Source of the DNA: Squalus acanthias
Taxonomy: Eukaryota
Direction of reading: 5' to 3'
DNA: 64,000 nt
Assembly: GCA_030390025.1 (NCBI GenBank)
Contig: CM059433.1
Span: forward strand, 29,266,001-29,330,000
Of this stretch, positions 47,960 to 59,764 are shown in pieces; position 1 is the first letter of the stretch; each line of letters starts with the position of its first letter. The notes beneath the pieces were generated by a model. That model searched no databases, had not been told where the DNA came from, and saw only the letters and a program-made list of their open reading frames with translations. The position numbers and the translations under genes were made by a program.

Positions 47960-48428
47960 GGATGAGGGCTTTCAGTTTTGTGGAGAGCCTGGAGAAGCTG
48001 GGCTTGTTCTCCTTCGAGCAGAGAAGGTTAAGGGAAAGCTTTAATAAAGGCATTCAAAATTATGAAGGGTTTTGATCGAGTTGACAGTGAGAAACTGTTT
48101 CCACTGATATGAGTGTTGGTAACCAGAGGACACAGATTTAAGATAATTGTTAAAAAAGCTGGGGTGGGGGGGGGGGGGTGGGGGCGGGGGGAGATGAGGA
48201 GACAATTTGCTCCTCAGCAAGTTGTAATGATCTGGAATGCACTGCCTGAAATGGTGGATTCAATAGTAACATTAAAATGGGATTTGGATAAATACTTAAA
48301 TAGGAAAAATCTGCAGGGCTGTGGGGAAAGAGCAGGGGAGTGGGACTGATTGGTAGCTCATTCATAGAGCCAGCACAAGCACAATGGGTCAAATGGCCTC
48401 CTTCTGTGCTGTATGATTCTATAATTCT
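47960..48428 (+). mobile_element. CR1 3' fragment
   Basis: TRGHRFKII...VMIWNALP..DLDKYL plus 3' UTR. Confidence 0.85.
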
Positions 48429-48704
48429 ACAGCGCACCATATATTGTCAGCTGAGGCTCAATGGGTTGCACTCACGCCTCAGAGTCAGAAGATCATATGT
48501 GACATCCAAAGCTATTTCAGTATTCACACCTCTGTGCAGGAACATTCATGTTTCAGACAAGCCAGGTGTAATGCGTCCTGTCAGATGGTCACTTGATTCG
48601 TGGGTAGAGCCTGTGATACTAAACTGACAGCCCTTTGCATGATAAACTGAGACCAGCTCTGTTTCGCATTTACTTTAATTGGGTTTCCACCCATTTTTTT
48701 TGGA

Positions 48705-49128
48705 GCTAACTGTGGTCTATGTGTCAGTGGGTTGCACTCTCGCCTCTGAGTCAGAAGGTCTGGGTTCCAAATCCCATTCCAGAGACTTGAGCACAAATTC
48801 CAGGCTGACACTCCAGTGCTGCACTGTCAGTGGTGCTGTCTTTCAGATGAGACGTTAAACCACGGCCCCATTTGGCCTCTCAGCTGGACATAAAAGATCC
48901 CACGGCATTATTTAAAGAAGAGCGGGGGAGCTCTCAGGTGTCCTGGATAACATTTATCCCTCAACCAACATCAGCAAAACAGATTAACTGGTTATTTATC
49001 TCATCCGCTGTTTGTGCGGCCCTGCTGTGTGCAAGTTGGTGGTTCCTATGCCGACAAAACAACAGCGATTGCACTTAAAAAGTAATTAATTCGCAATAAA
49101 GTACTTTGGGACGTCCTGAAGACGTGAA
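48705..49128 (+). mobile_element. Deu-SINE
   Basis: tRNA-like head, conserved body and L2-like tail. Confidence 0.8.
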
Positions 49129-49238
49129 ACATAAACACAAGTTTCATAATTTTAGTTGTGTATAGGTTAATTTCTTCCAACCAGTGTGGTCAGTACCTAC
49201 TAGTTCAAGGGGAGAAAAAAATCAACAGAAAAAAATAT

Positions 49239-49450
49239 CATAGAATCATACAGCACAGAAGGAGGACATTCGGCCCATTGGCCTTGTGCTGGCTCATTGA
49301 AAGAGCGATCCAATTAGTCCCACTCCACTGCCCTTTCCTTAAATCTGTGTCTTCTGCCAGTGGAAACAGTCTCTCCCGATTTACTCTATCAAAACCTCAT
49401 ATAATTTTGAGCACCTCTGTTAAATCTCCCCTTAACCTCCTCTCCTCTGC
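49239..49450 (-). mobile_element. CR1 3' fragment (deleted)
   Basis: catagaatcatacagcacagaaggagg... CR1 tail in reverse. Confidence 0.75.
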
Positions 49451-49454
49451 TCTA

Positions 49455-50636
49455 AGGAGATTTTTTTTGAAGATGTAACTAGTAGGATGGATAAGGGGGA
49501 GCCAGTGGATGTAGTGTATTTGGATTTTCAAAAAGCATTTGCTAAGGTGTCACACAAGAGGTTATTACACAAAATTAGGACTCATTGGGTTGGGGGTAAT
49601 ATATTACCATGGACTGAGGATTGGTTAATGGACAGAAAACAGAGTAGGAATAAACGGGACTTTTTCAGATTGGCAGGCTGTAACTAGCGGGGTACTGCAA
49701 GGATCAGTGCTTGGGTCTCAGCTACATACAATCTATATTAATGACTTAGATGAAGGGACTGAGTGTAACGTTTCCAAGTTTGCTGATGATACAATGCTAG
49801 GTGGGAAAGTAAGCTGTGAGGAGAATGCAAAGAGGCTGCAGAGAGATATAGACAGGTTGATTGAATGGGCAAGAACATGGCAAATGGAATATAATGTGGG
49901 GAAGTGTGAAGTTATCCACTTTGGTAGGAAAAAAAAAAAGCAGAATTTTTTTGAATGATGAGAGACTGGAAAATATTTGCATTCAGAGGGACCTGGGTGT
50001 CCTTATACATGAATCACAGAAAGTTAACATGCAGGTATAGCAAGCAATTAAGAAAGCAAATGGTATGCTAGCTTTTGTTACGAAGCGATTAGAGTATAAG
50101 AGTAAAGAAGTCTTACTACAATTATACAAGGCATTGGTGAGGCCACACCTGGAGTACTGTGTACAGTTCTGGTCTCCTTACCTAAGGAAAGACATACTTG
50201 CCTTGGAGGGAGTGCAATGAAGGTTCACTAGACTGGTTCCTGGGATGAGGGGATTGCCCTATGAGGAGAGATTGAGTAGACTAGGCCTATATTTCCTAGA
50301 GTTTAGAAGAATGGGAGGTGATCTAATTGAAACATATAAAATTCTTAAGGGGCTTGACAGGGTTAATGCTGGGAAAATGTTTCCCCTGACTGGGGAATCT
50401 AGAACATGGGGTCACAGTCTCAGAATAAGGGGTAGGCCATTTAAGGACTGAGATGAGGAGAAATTTCTTCACTCAAAGGCTTGTGAATCTTTGGAATTCT
50501 CTACCCCAGAGAGCTGTGGATGCTCAGTCGTTGAGTATATCCAAGACAGAGGTTGATAAATTTTTGGGAACTAAGGACGGAGCAGGCTCGAAGGGCCAAA
50601 TGGCCGACTCCAGCTCCTATTTCTTATGTTCTCATA
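49455..50636 (+). mobile_element. 5'-truncated CR1 LINE (reverse transcriptase to 3' end)
   Basis: DKGEPVDVVYLDFQKAF, SKFADDT, RRNFFTQRLVNLWNSLP; several stops. Confidence 0.93.
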
Positions 50637-50946
50637 TGAGAACAGTTCAGCGGTGTTTCTGCAAATTAACACTTTGTAGAGCAAACATTTCTATTCTGCA
50701 AATTTACCAAAATCTTTTCTTCCAGTATTCCCCTTCTGTGCTGCAGACACTATGGGAAATTCACCGATCCTGTGCTCCCGGCAATGAACTATGCTCGAAT
50801 TGATTGCTGGTTGGAGAATCAGCATTACAGGATTGCAGCCCCAATCTCCAGCTTCTGATCTTCGACTACAGAGCCTCCCTGGAGGGCAGGATTGATGAAT
50901 TTATCCCACTGACTCATCATCTTTGTCATCTTTGAGTGAACTTTGA

Positions 50947-51058
50947 GTGTCAGCTGTGGCACAGTGGGTAGCACTCTCGCCTCTGATTCAGAAGGTTGTG
51001 GGTTCGAGTCCCACTCCAGAGACTTGAGCACAATATCTAAGCTAACACTCCAGTGCAG
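50947..51058 (+). mobile_element. Deu-SINE 5' head
   Basis: tggcacagtgg A-box and ggttcgagtcc B-box. Confidence 0.78.
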
Positions 51059-51734
51059 TTTGTTTCTTTCTTTCTTCCCACTTTGCCAGAAAGTTAGTTG
51101 CTAGGTGGTTGTTAGACAAGTGCGGGTTCGAACCCTTGATAGTTGGACAACAGAACCAGGGGTTCCTCACAAGCTGCTTGGCGAGCAACACAACTCATTG
51201 CAAACGGTGAGTGCATTGCCACTGTTCTCCTGGTCACAGTGTGGACACACCAGCATTGAACGGGCGGTTCCACCAGTTGGAACTGTGGAGTTGAGCAGCA
51301 GCTACACTGAGAGCCAATTATGGCTGGTACTGAACCCTGGATATATGAGCGTGAGCTCTCAACCCCAGGCTCCAGCTTAATGCTTTCCAGCAACTATTGT
51401 CCCATGTTTCAGTGTTTCCTCACAGCTATACACCAGACATGTGCCTTCAGCAAGATGAAAGGACCTAAACGAGAGACCTTGTAACGTGCCTGTACCTTCA
51501 TCTTCTAGACGGCCAATACCTGGTGTACTCATCACTGATTGTTTAATCCATCGGGAAAGCTAATGAAATATTGATTGACACAATATTGCCCAATCTTGTC
51601 CCTACTGCAGCCAAAAGCATTATATTCATTTTGGTCTCCTCTGGACTCGATTTCTGCAATATCCTCCTCCTTGCCAGCCTTACATCCTCCACCCTCCATG
51701 ACCCCAACTTGAAAAAGGAAAAAATTGCAGGGAT

Positions 51735-52092
51735 ATGGGAACGTAGGAACAGAAGTAGGCAATTCAGCCCCTCGAGCCTGTTCTGCCATTAAGTGAGATC
51801 ATAGCTGATCAGTATCTTAACTCCATCTACCCACCTTGGATTGGTAAAGAAGTTCCTCCAGAATTCCCTACCCTTACCTAACAAAAATCTATCAATCTCA
51901 GTTTTGAAATTTTCAATTGACCCCCAGACTCAACACACACAGTTTTTTGGGGGAGTGGGGTCCAGATTTCCACTACCCTTTGTAGTGGCGAAAGAGTGGG
52001 GGGATTGGGACAAATTGGATAGCCCTTTCAAAGAGTCGGCACAGACACGATGGGCTGAATGGCCGCCTTGTGTGCTGCATGATTCTCTGCTA
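51735..52092. mobile_element. Two CR1 3' fragments in opposite orientation
   Basis: Minus-strand tail at ~51735-51980 and plus-strand tail at ~51990-52090. Confidence 0.65.
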
Positions 52093-53549
52093 TGTCACAC
52101 ATTCAGTAGATTTGTGACAAATGTAACTGACTGTAGTCTGTATTGAGGCAATACTTTATGTGCAAATGGGCACAGGGGCCTTTCCCCTCAAATGTAGATA
52201 ATCTATACTGTTAATGATTAATTAGGATAGAATAAATTGCTTTTTTCTTTGAGTACATCACTGATTACTTTGTGTACCCTAAGCAATCTTGGAAATAGTC
52301 AATTCCAAGCAACCCACCAAGCAAGCAGAGAAAACCGGTTGAAAAAGTTTTTTTTAAGTTATATTAAGATAAAAAGAAAAACGAGGAAAGTAATGGGTCA
52401 CTGAAAGTGGGATCAGGTGAGGGCATGACAACAGATATGCTACAGGCTGCAAAAGTGCTAATTAAGTTTACTGCCTCAGTTTTTACCAAGGAGGAGACAG
52501 GTAACATGTTTGATCTGGCAAGGCAACGAGAGGCTGTTGCAGAGGTAGGTTATGACATTATTCACATTACTACCAGCATGGTTTCCGAACAGTTGTGCAA
52601 ACTTACAGTGAATAAACCCTAGGGGCCAGATAAAATACATCCGAGGATTCTTAAGGAATGAAGGGAGGAAATTGCAGGAACTTTGGCACAAATCACCCAG
52701 AAATCACTGAATACCGGAGAGGTGCCCGGGGACTGGAGAAAGGCAAATGTTAATGGTATTTTTTTTAAATGTAGCAAAAGTGACCCAGGAAGCTAAAAAC
52801 CTGTGAGTTTCATGTCCATTGTGGGTAAAGTTGTGGAAACCTTTATGAAAAATAAATTCATGGAACAGCTGGATAGAATATAAAATCATGAAAGCAAACT
52901 ACGTAGGTATGAGAGGTGAGCTGGCTAAGGTAGGTTGGGAAACTAGATTAAAAGATATGATGGTAGAAAAGCAATGGCAAACATTTAAAGAAATAATTCA
53001 CAATTCGCAATGAATATACATTTCCTCAAGGAATAACAACACCATGGGAAAAATGGTCCATCCGTGGCTAACAAGAGAAATTAAAGATAGTATCAGATTA
53101 AAGGAAGAGGCTTATAATGTTGCCAAAAAGAGTAGTAAGCCTGGGGATTGGGAGGATTTTAGAATTCAGCAAAGGAGGACCAAGAAAATAGAATGAGAGT
53201 AAACTAGCAAGAGACATAAAAATAGACTGTAAAAGCTTCTATAGGTATGTAAAAAGGAAAAGATTAGCTAAAGTAAATGGGGGTCCCTTATAGGCTGAGA
53301 CAGGAGAAATTATAATGGGAAATAAGGAAATGGCAGATAAATTAAACAAATACTAGGGCCGCGATTCTGCCGGCGCTCAGAGGGCGGGTTTGGAGGTGGG
53401 TCAGGTGGTAAAATTGCAAATAATGACGGCAGGTTCCGATCCCGCTGTCAACCCACCTCCATGTAACTTTGCCAAAGGCAGGCTCCCAGAGTCCCGATCG
53501 GTCCCGCCACCAAGCGGCCGGATAGGCCCTTAAGGCAGTTAACTGTTAA

Positions 53550-54159
53550 CCCAGCTATCTTTATTAACCGCAAGGGCTTCCACTCCCTCAACGTGCAGCT
53601 GGTGTGTAACCACTAGAAGGAGATTTTGCATGATTGCATGAAGTACCCTGGCAGTTGTCATGACTCGTTCATCCTGCGGCAGTCTAGTGTGCCTCCGCTC
53701 TTCAATCCGCCAACACAACTTTCCGGATGGCTACTTGGAGACAAGGGCTATCCCCTGAAGATGTGGCTGATGACGCCGTTGAGGAGGCCATCGAACGAAG
53801 CTGAGGAACGCTACAATGCCAGCCACATTTTGACCAGATCCATCATCGAGCAAACCATCAGCTTGCTGATGATGCGATTCAGATGCCTTGACAGATCAGG
53901 TGGAGCCCTACAGTACTCAGCAGCCAGGGTCTCCAGAATCATCGTGGTCTGCTGTGCACTGCACAACATCGCACAGCATCGTGGCTTGCAGCTGCCTGAG
54001 GAACAAGTGGCTCAGTGCATAGCCTCCTCAGATGAGGAGGAAGAGGAGGAGGAGGAGGAAGAAGACCTTGCGGAGGCGGATCAGCCAGCAGCAGCAGCAC
54101 GCGAGCACATTGCTGCCCGGGATGCAAGGACTGCACGAATCTTTGCCAGATTCGCTTAG
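53550..54159 (+). pseudogene. HARBI1-like DDE transposase, C-terminal half only
   Basis: FINRKGFHSLNVQLVC (in-frame TAG follows), [47 protein letters not shown], acidic tail. The N-terminal half with the first catalytic Asp is absent. Confidence 0.9.
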
Positions 54160-54423
54160 GTAGGCGAATCAAACACATGGGGCTGGCACCTTCTTATCAC
54201 ACCAGAGACAATGGACAAGAACCTGTGGGTTCCTATCACTCTGACCACCATCATTATAAATGCAAGTCGCCCTGAGCCCTCAATGTGCAACTTCCATTTC
54301 CCAGATCACATAGGCAGAACTTCAACTGTTTGCCATCACTTCTGTTTAATCAATTCACAAAAGGATGACAATGGCAAAAATTAAAGAAAACAGAACAGAA
54401 CACCCAAGTGATGACCCTTGTGA

Positions 54424-56427
54424 CTAATTGTGCTTTATCTTCCTCTTATGTTTGCTACTACGTGGTGCTTCCCCTGTAGCTTCAGCAGATGTGGAGGCAC
54501 CTTGCTCACTTTCATGCTGCCCCTGCTTTGACACCTTTGGTGGGCGTCCTCTGGGTTTGCGAGCCTGTGAGGGCTCGGCAACAGTCTGCTCCTCCTGCAT
54601 CTGTGCAGGGGCTGAGATGCCCACCTCAGTTGGGTGAGGACTCTGGTGGGGCTCTGACCAAGGGCTACTCAGTGGCATGGGAGTGTGAGCACTTGGAGAG
54701 GAGCCCCCACTTCCTTGTTGCCTGCCACCAACATCCCTCTCATGGGTTAGCCCCACTTCAGTGCTAGCAAGTGGCTTGACAGCACCTTGCTGCACATCAG
54801 GGAGGCCATGAGGACCCATTTCTGCACTGGCAGTACTACTCAAAAGGACTTCCATGAAGCTCTGGTTTCTCTGTTCAATAGCTGCCCATCGCTCCTCCAG
54901 AGATGTCAGTCTATTCTGAACATTCACCATGTTTTCCAGACTCTGGCGACTTATTTCCTCCATGGCCATAGACATCCTCTCCTTTACCGTAGCCACCCTT
55001 TCAAGAGAGGTAGCCATCCTTACCACGGAGGTAGCCATCCTTTCCACGGAGGTCGCCATCCTTTCCGTGGTGGTGCGTTCATGCGCCATTGCCTCCACAA
55101 AGGCACTGCTCATGTTAGAGATGGACTCCTCCATTCTCTCCACACTCGCAGTAACCCTGGAGACAAAACCTGCCAGAGACTCCTGCACTTGTTCCTGGAG
55201 TTCCAGCACCGCTCTCCTTATGGATGGACCCGGAGGCACAGGGTCCACATGCAGCTGAGCAGAGCTGGAAGCGCCCTGCAGCCTCCGATGAGGACTCTCC
55301 ACTGCTGTCCCTGTCTCCACCATCTGCTGATGCTCACTTGTGAGCTGTGATACACCATTTGACAACACTACTCTATCTCCCAAAGGTCCCACCGAGGTGT
55401 GCGTATCGCGCTGGCTGGGTGCGCTTAACTCTGCTGACGCTGTGCCCTCAGAGGTTGCAGGTTCCTCTGAGGAGTCTTCCGGCTCAGGCTCTTCCTCCTG
55501 GACAGTGGGGAGGGGGGCTGTCGATGGTCCTGTGGGGGAGTAAAGGCATGAGTTAGACATGTGATATTAACGTAGCATGCACATGGAATAGTGCAGATCA
55601 TCATAAGTCCTTCTGTATGAGCATCAGATGCCATATCAGTCACTCATGCAATGTAAATGAGAGAGATGCAAATCTATTCTGTCACCAGCTTGCTCTGCTG
55701 CGCCCGTCTGGCCGTCCCCCACTTCCAGATCCTCCTCGCATCCAATTATTTCCAGGGCCGCCTCCTAAGCGTTGGTGAGATGGGCTATGGAAGGTGGCCC
55801 TCCTCCTGTCATAGCCCTCTCCCTCTTATTGTGGGCTCTCTTTTCCTTCAATGAGGGACACAAGTGGAGTTTGAGTGAGAATGTTGGAGTGAGTGTAGAG
55901 AATCCAAAGCATAGATGCTTAGAAGGAGACATAGATGGAGTGAGGTGCCAATACCAAGGGCCCTCCCTGTGCATTGTTAGTTGTTGTCATAGCATAAAAG
56001 TGATAGCGAGTGTGAGGCAGCATTGTCGAATAGTGAAGTGATTGTGTACATAGAGAGAGAGGGATGGTTAAGGGTGCAAGGGATGTAAGGGTAAAGTGGG
56101 ATGTGCAGGAGTAGGTTGACAATGCAGAGTGCTGGTGATGAGAGGAGATGGGGAGCAGATTGAGACCAAGTGTGATGTTATACTCACTTTTCCCAAGCGG
56201 ACCAGGTCATTGAACCTTTTTCTGCACTGCACCCAAGTTCGAGTGCACATGGATCTGGAGCTCACCTCCTGTGCAATTTGCAGCCAGGCTGCTTTGTTTT
56301 GCTGTGGTGGCTTCTTCCGCTCAGAGGATGGGAAGAGGACCTCCTTGTGACCTCTGACTCCCTCCACAAGAGCATGGAGGGAGTCATCATCAAATCGGGG
56401 AGAGGCCTTGGCCCTTGAGGTAGTCAT
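54424..56427 (-). pseudogene. Harbinger Myb/SANT-like protein, 3 exons (56427-56188, 55845-55686, 55529-54424), ~500 aa, one premature TAG
   Basis: SPRFDDDSLHALVEGV...AWLQIAQEV..RTWVQCRKRFNDL; GT-AG introns in compatible phases (0, 1); TAG at 55765-55767; coiled-coil heptads and C-terminal PRGRPPK. Confidence 0.85.
54960..55075 (-). repeat. 21-bp coding tandem repeat (TSVERMA-like heptads)
   Basis: About 5 units of gccatcctt(t)ccacggaggt(a/c) inside the Myb gene exon 3. Confidence 0.8.
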
Positions 56428-57483
56428 GTCAGTAGTTGTCAGAAGGAAATTCAGCAGCAAATAATGAGAGACTGAACCAAGGCTGCATGGGCCCCTTAAA
56501 AGAAGCTGGCCTACAGACGTCAGCAGAGGCGAGTTACAGACCCAAAACACTGATTGGCCAGGGGAGCGCACACGCAGGGACTCAATTGCCCAAGTAGGGC
56601 AAAATCGCAAATTTTTACCGGCTGAAAGCGGCGGCAGGACCGGAACACGCCGACCACCTGACCCTGCACCCAACCCGCCACCAATGGGAAAATTGCGGCC
56701 TTTGTGTCTGTCTTCACAGAAGAAGACGCAAAAAACATTCCGGAAATAGTGGAGAACCAAGGATCTAGTGAGAATGAGGAACTGAAAGAAATTAGTATTA
56801 GTAAGGAAATAGTACGGGAGAAATTAATGGGACTGAAAGCCGATAAATCCCCTGGACCTGATGGCTTACGTCGTAGGGTTTTAAAAGAGGTGGCTATAGA
56901 GATAGTGGATGCATTGGTTGTCATCTTCCAAAATTTCATAGATTCTGGAATGGTTCCCGCGGATTGGAAGGTAGCATATGTAACCCCACTATTTAAGAAA
57001 GGAGGGAGAGAGAAAGTGGGGAACTATAGACCAGTTAGCCTGACATCAGTAGTAGGGGAAATGCTAGAATCTATTATTAAGGACGTGGTAACAGGGCACT
57101 TAGAAAGTAATAATAGGATTGGGCAGAGTCAACACGGATTTATGAAAGGGAAGTCGTGTTTGACAAATCTGTTCGAGTTTTTTGAGGTTGGAACTTACAG
57201 AATAGATAAGGGGGAACCAGTGGATGTAGTGTATTTCGATTTTCAGAAGGCATTCAATAAGGTGCCACACAAGAGGTTATTAAACAAAATTAGGGTTCAT
57301 GGGATTGGGGGTAATATACTAGCATGGATTGAGGATTAGTTAATGGACAGAGGATTGGTAGGAATAAATGGGTCATTTTCAGGTTGGCAGGCTGTAACTA
57401 GTGGGGTACCACAAGGATCAGTGCTTGGGCCTCAGCTATTCACAATCTATATCAATGATTTAGATGAGGGAACCAAATGTAAT

Positions 57484-58248
57484 GGCCCAGAAATTTGACT
57501 CGGAGGCTTGCCGCGGGTGTAAGGATCGCGCGCGATATCACACTCCGCGCCGGCCATTGTGTTTTGGGCCCACAGGAACTTCGGGTCCTGGGCCTCTCCC
57601 TAGTGCTGGCGCGCAGTGTGTGTGTGTCCCAGGGGCGCAGTTAGTGCGATGCGACCTCTGGGATCACGTGGGCCATGGAGAGCCAATGGCAGCAGACTAT
57701 CTTTCATTCCTAGATTTGACAGGAGACTTGTCAAATCTGTGAATTGAAAGAGACCCCAAAAGAACAGCTAAACCTCAAATAAATTTTTTAAAACCCATCA
57801 CATTAATAAAATAACTATAGTTAAATAAATTAACCACTTTAAACAAAAATTTAAATTTTTGAAAAAAATTTAAAAAAAATTTAAAAGTTATAAAAATAAA
57901 CTTACCTTTCTTTAAAGTCTCTAAAAAAGATAAACCTGTTGAAAAAAATTAAAAATTATACTTAATTAACTACTTACCTTGTTCAAAAGGGGTCTTATGC
58001 CTCCTTTTTACATGTGTATAATCTTCCATACTTACCCTCGCGTTGAAACCTGAAAAAAAACCTAAGTGTGCTGCGTGCGCACAGCCTGCAGTGTGCACGC
58101 GGTTCACCTAGGAACCGCCCCCTTCGCCATACCGGAAGTGCCGGTTTCCTGCGCACGCGCAGTGCATGCAGGAAACCGGCACTTCGGGTTTGAATACAGG
58201 GTGAGTACAGAGCGCGTACTCACCCGGGAAGGGCCGAATTTTTGGGCC
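57484..58248. mobile_element. PIF/Harbinger-type MITE in CR1, related to 23004-23682
   Basis: TIRs GGCCCAGAAATTTG / CGAATTTTTGGGCC; TSD AAT (57481-57483, 58249-58251); shared internal motifs in inverted orientation. Confidence 0.9.
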
Positions 58249-58596
58249 AATATATCCAAGTTTGCTGATGATACAAAGCTAGATGGGAATGCAAGTTGTG
58301 AGGAGGATGCAAAGAGGTTGCAAGGGGATATAGACAAGCTAAGTGAGTGGGCAAGAACATGGCAAATGGAATATAATGTGGAGAAATGTGAAGTTATCCA
58401 CTTTGGTAGGAAAAATAGAAAAGCAGAGTATTTTTTAAATGGTGAGAGATTGGGAAATGTTGGTGTTCAGAGGGACCTGGATGTCCTGGTACACAAATCA
58501 CTGAAAGTTACTATGCAGGTACAGCAAGCAATTAGGAAAGCAAATGGTATGTTAGCCCTTATTTGCATTAATATTTACACCAACGAGAAACATTTA

Positions 58597-59033
58597 GGGC
58601 AACACGGTGGCATAGTGGTTAGCACTGGTGCCTCACAGCGCCAGGGACCCGGGTTCGAATCTGACCTCGGGTGACTGTCTGTGTGGAGTTTGCATATTCT
58701 CCCCGTGTCTGCGTGGGTTTCCTCCGGGTGCTCCGGTTTCCTCCCACAGTCCAAAAATGTGCGGGTTAGGTTGATTTGGCTATGATAAATTGACCCTTAG
58801 TGTTAGGGGGGGATTAAATATGTGGGGTTATAGGGATAGGATGGGATATGTTAGGGGGAATTAAATACGTGGGGTTACGGGGGTAGGGTGGGATATGTGT
58901 ACTGTGGGGATTAAAGCAGGGACAGGGTACTGGATTTGGGTGATCAGCCATGATCGTATTGAATGGTGGAGCAGGCTCGATGGGCCGAATGGCCTACTCC
59001 TGCTCCTAGATTCTATGTTTCTATGTTTCTATG
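58597..59033 (+). mobile_element. V-SINE (HE1-like) with CR1-type tail
   Basis: tRNA head (tggcatagtgg, ggttcgaatc), V-domain (gtgtggagtttgca..ttctccccgtgtctgcgtgggtttcctccgggtgctccggtttcctcccacagtccaaa), ~47-bp internal tandem duplication, CR1 3' UTR and (TTTCTATG)n. Confidence 0.9.
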
Positions 59034-59764
59034 TTATTACAAAAGGATTTGAGTGTAAGAGTAAAGATGTCTTACTGCAATTATATAGGGCCTTGATGAG
59101 ACCACACCTAGAGTATTGTGTACAGTTTTGGTCTCCTTACCTAAGGAAGGATATACTTGCCATAGAGGGAGTGCAACGAAGGTTCACCAGACTGATTCCT
59201 GGGATAGGGGAATTGTCCTATGAGGAGAGATTGAGTAGACTAGGCCTATATTCCCTAGAGTTTAGAAGAATGAGAGGTGATCTCATTGAAACATACAAAA
59301 TTCTTACAGGGCTTGACAGGGTAGATGCAGGGAAGATGTTTTCCCTGGCTGGGGAGTATAGAACCAGGAGTCACAGTCTCAGAATAAGGGGTTGGCCATT
59401 TAGGACTGAGATGAGGAGAAATTTCTTTACTCAGAGGGTGGTGAATCTTTGGAATTCTCTACCCCAGAGGGCTGTGGATCCTCAGTCGTTGAGTATATTC
59501 AAGGCAGAGATCGATAGATGTTTGGATATTAAGGGAATCAAGGGATATGGAGACAGTGCAGGAAAGTGGAGTTGAGGTAGAAGATCAGCTATGATCTTAT
59601 TGAATGGTGGAGCAGGCTTGAAGGGCCGAATGGCCTGCTCCTGCTCCTATTTCTTATGTTCTTATGTTCTTAAAAGTTTGCCAGTATAGGTTCATGAAGG
59701 GGAGGTATTGTCAATCTAACTTGCTGGTTTTCTTTGAGGGTGTGACAAAGCAGCTTGATGAGGT

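Larger units (their letters stand above)
53356..56700. mobile_element. PIF/Harbinger transposon (~3.35 kb) with convergent transposase and Myb/SANT genes
   Basis: TIRs GGCCGCGATTCTGCC / GGGAAAATTGCGGCC; flanks rejoin the CR1 ORF; TSD is imperfect. Confidence 0.9.
52891..59670 (+). mobile_element. Younger CR1 LINE inserted in the old CR1, itself interrupted by a Harbinger, a MITE and a V-SINE
   Basis: NKY|FVSVFTEED, KSPGPDG, NYRPVSLTSVV, QHGFMKGKSCLTNL, EGTKCN|ISKFADDTKL, MLALI|TKG, WNSLP; ends in (TTCTTATG)n. Confidence 0.92.

Noticed and set aside
50947..51025. tRNA genes (also ~32470 and ~58597)
   Set aside because: A and B boxes continue directly into SINE bodies, so these are SINE heads.
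53626..54159. Domesticated host HARBI1 gene
   Set aside because: Truncated, has an upstream in-frame stop, and sits within TIRs inserted in a CR1, so it is a transposon copy.
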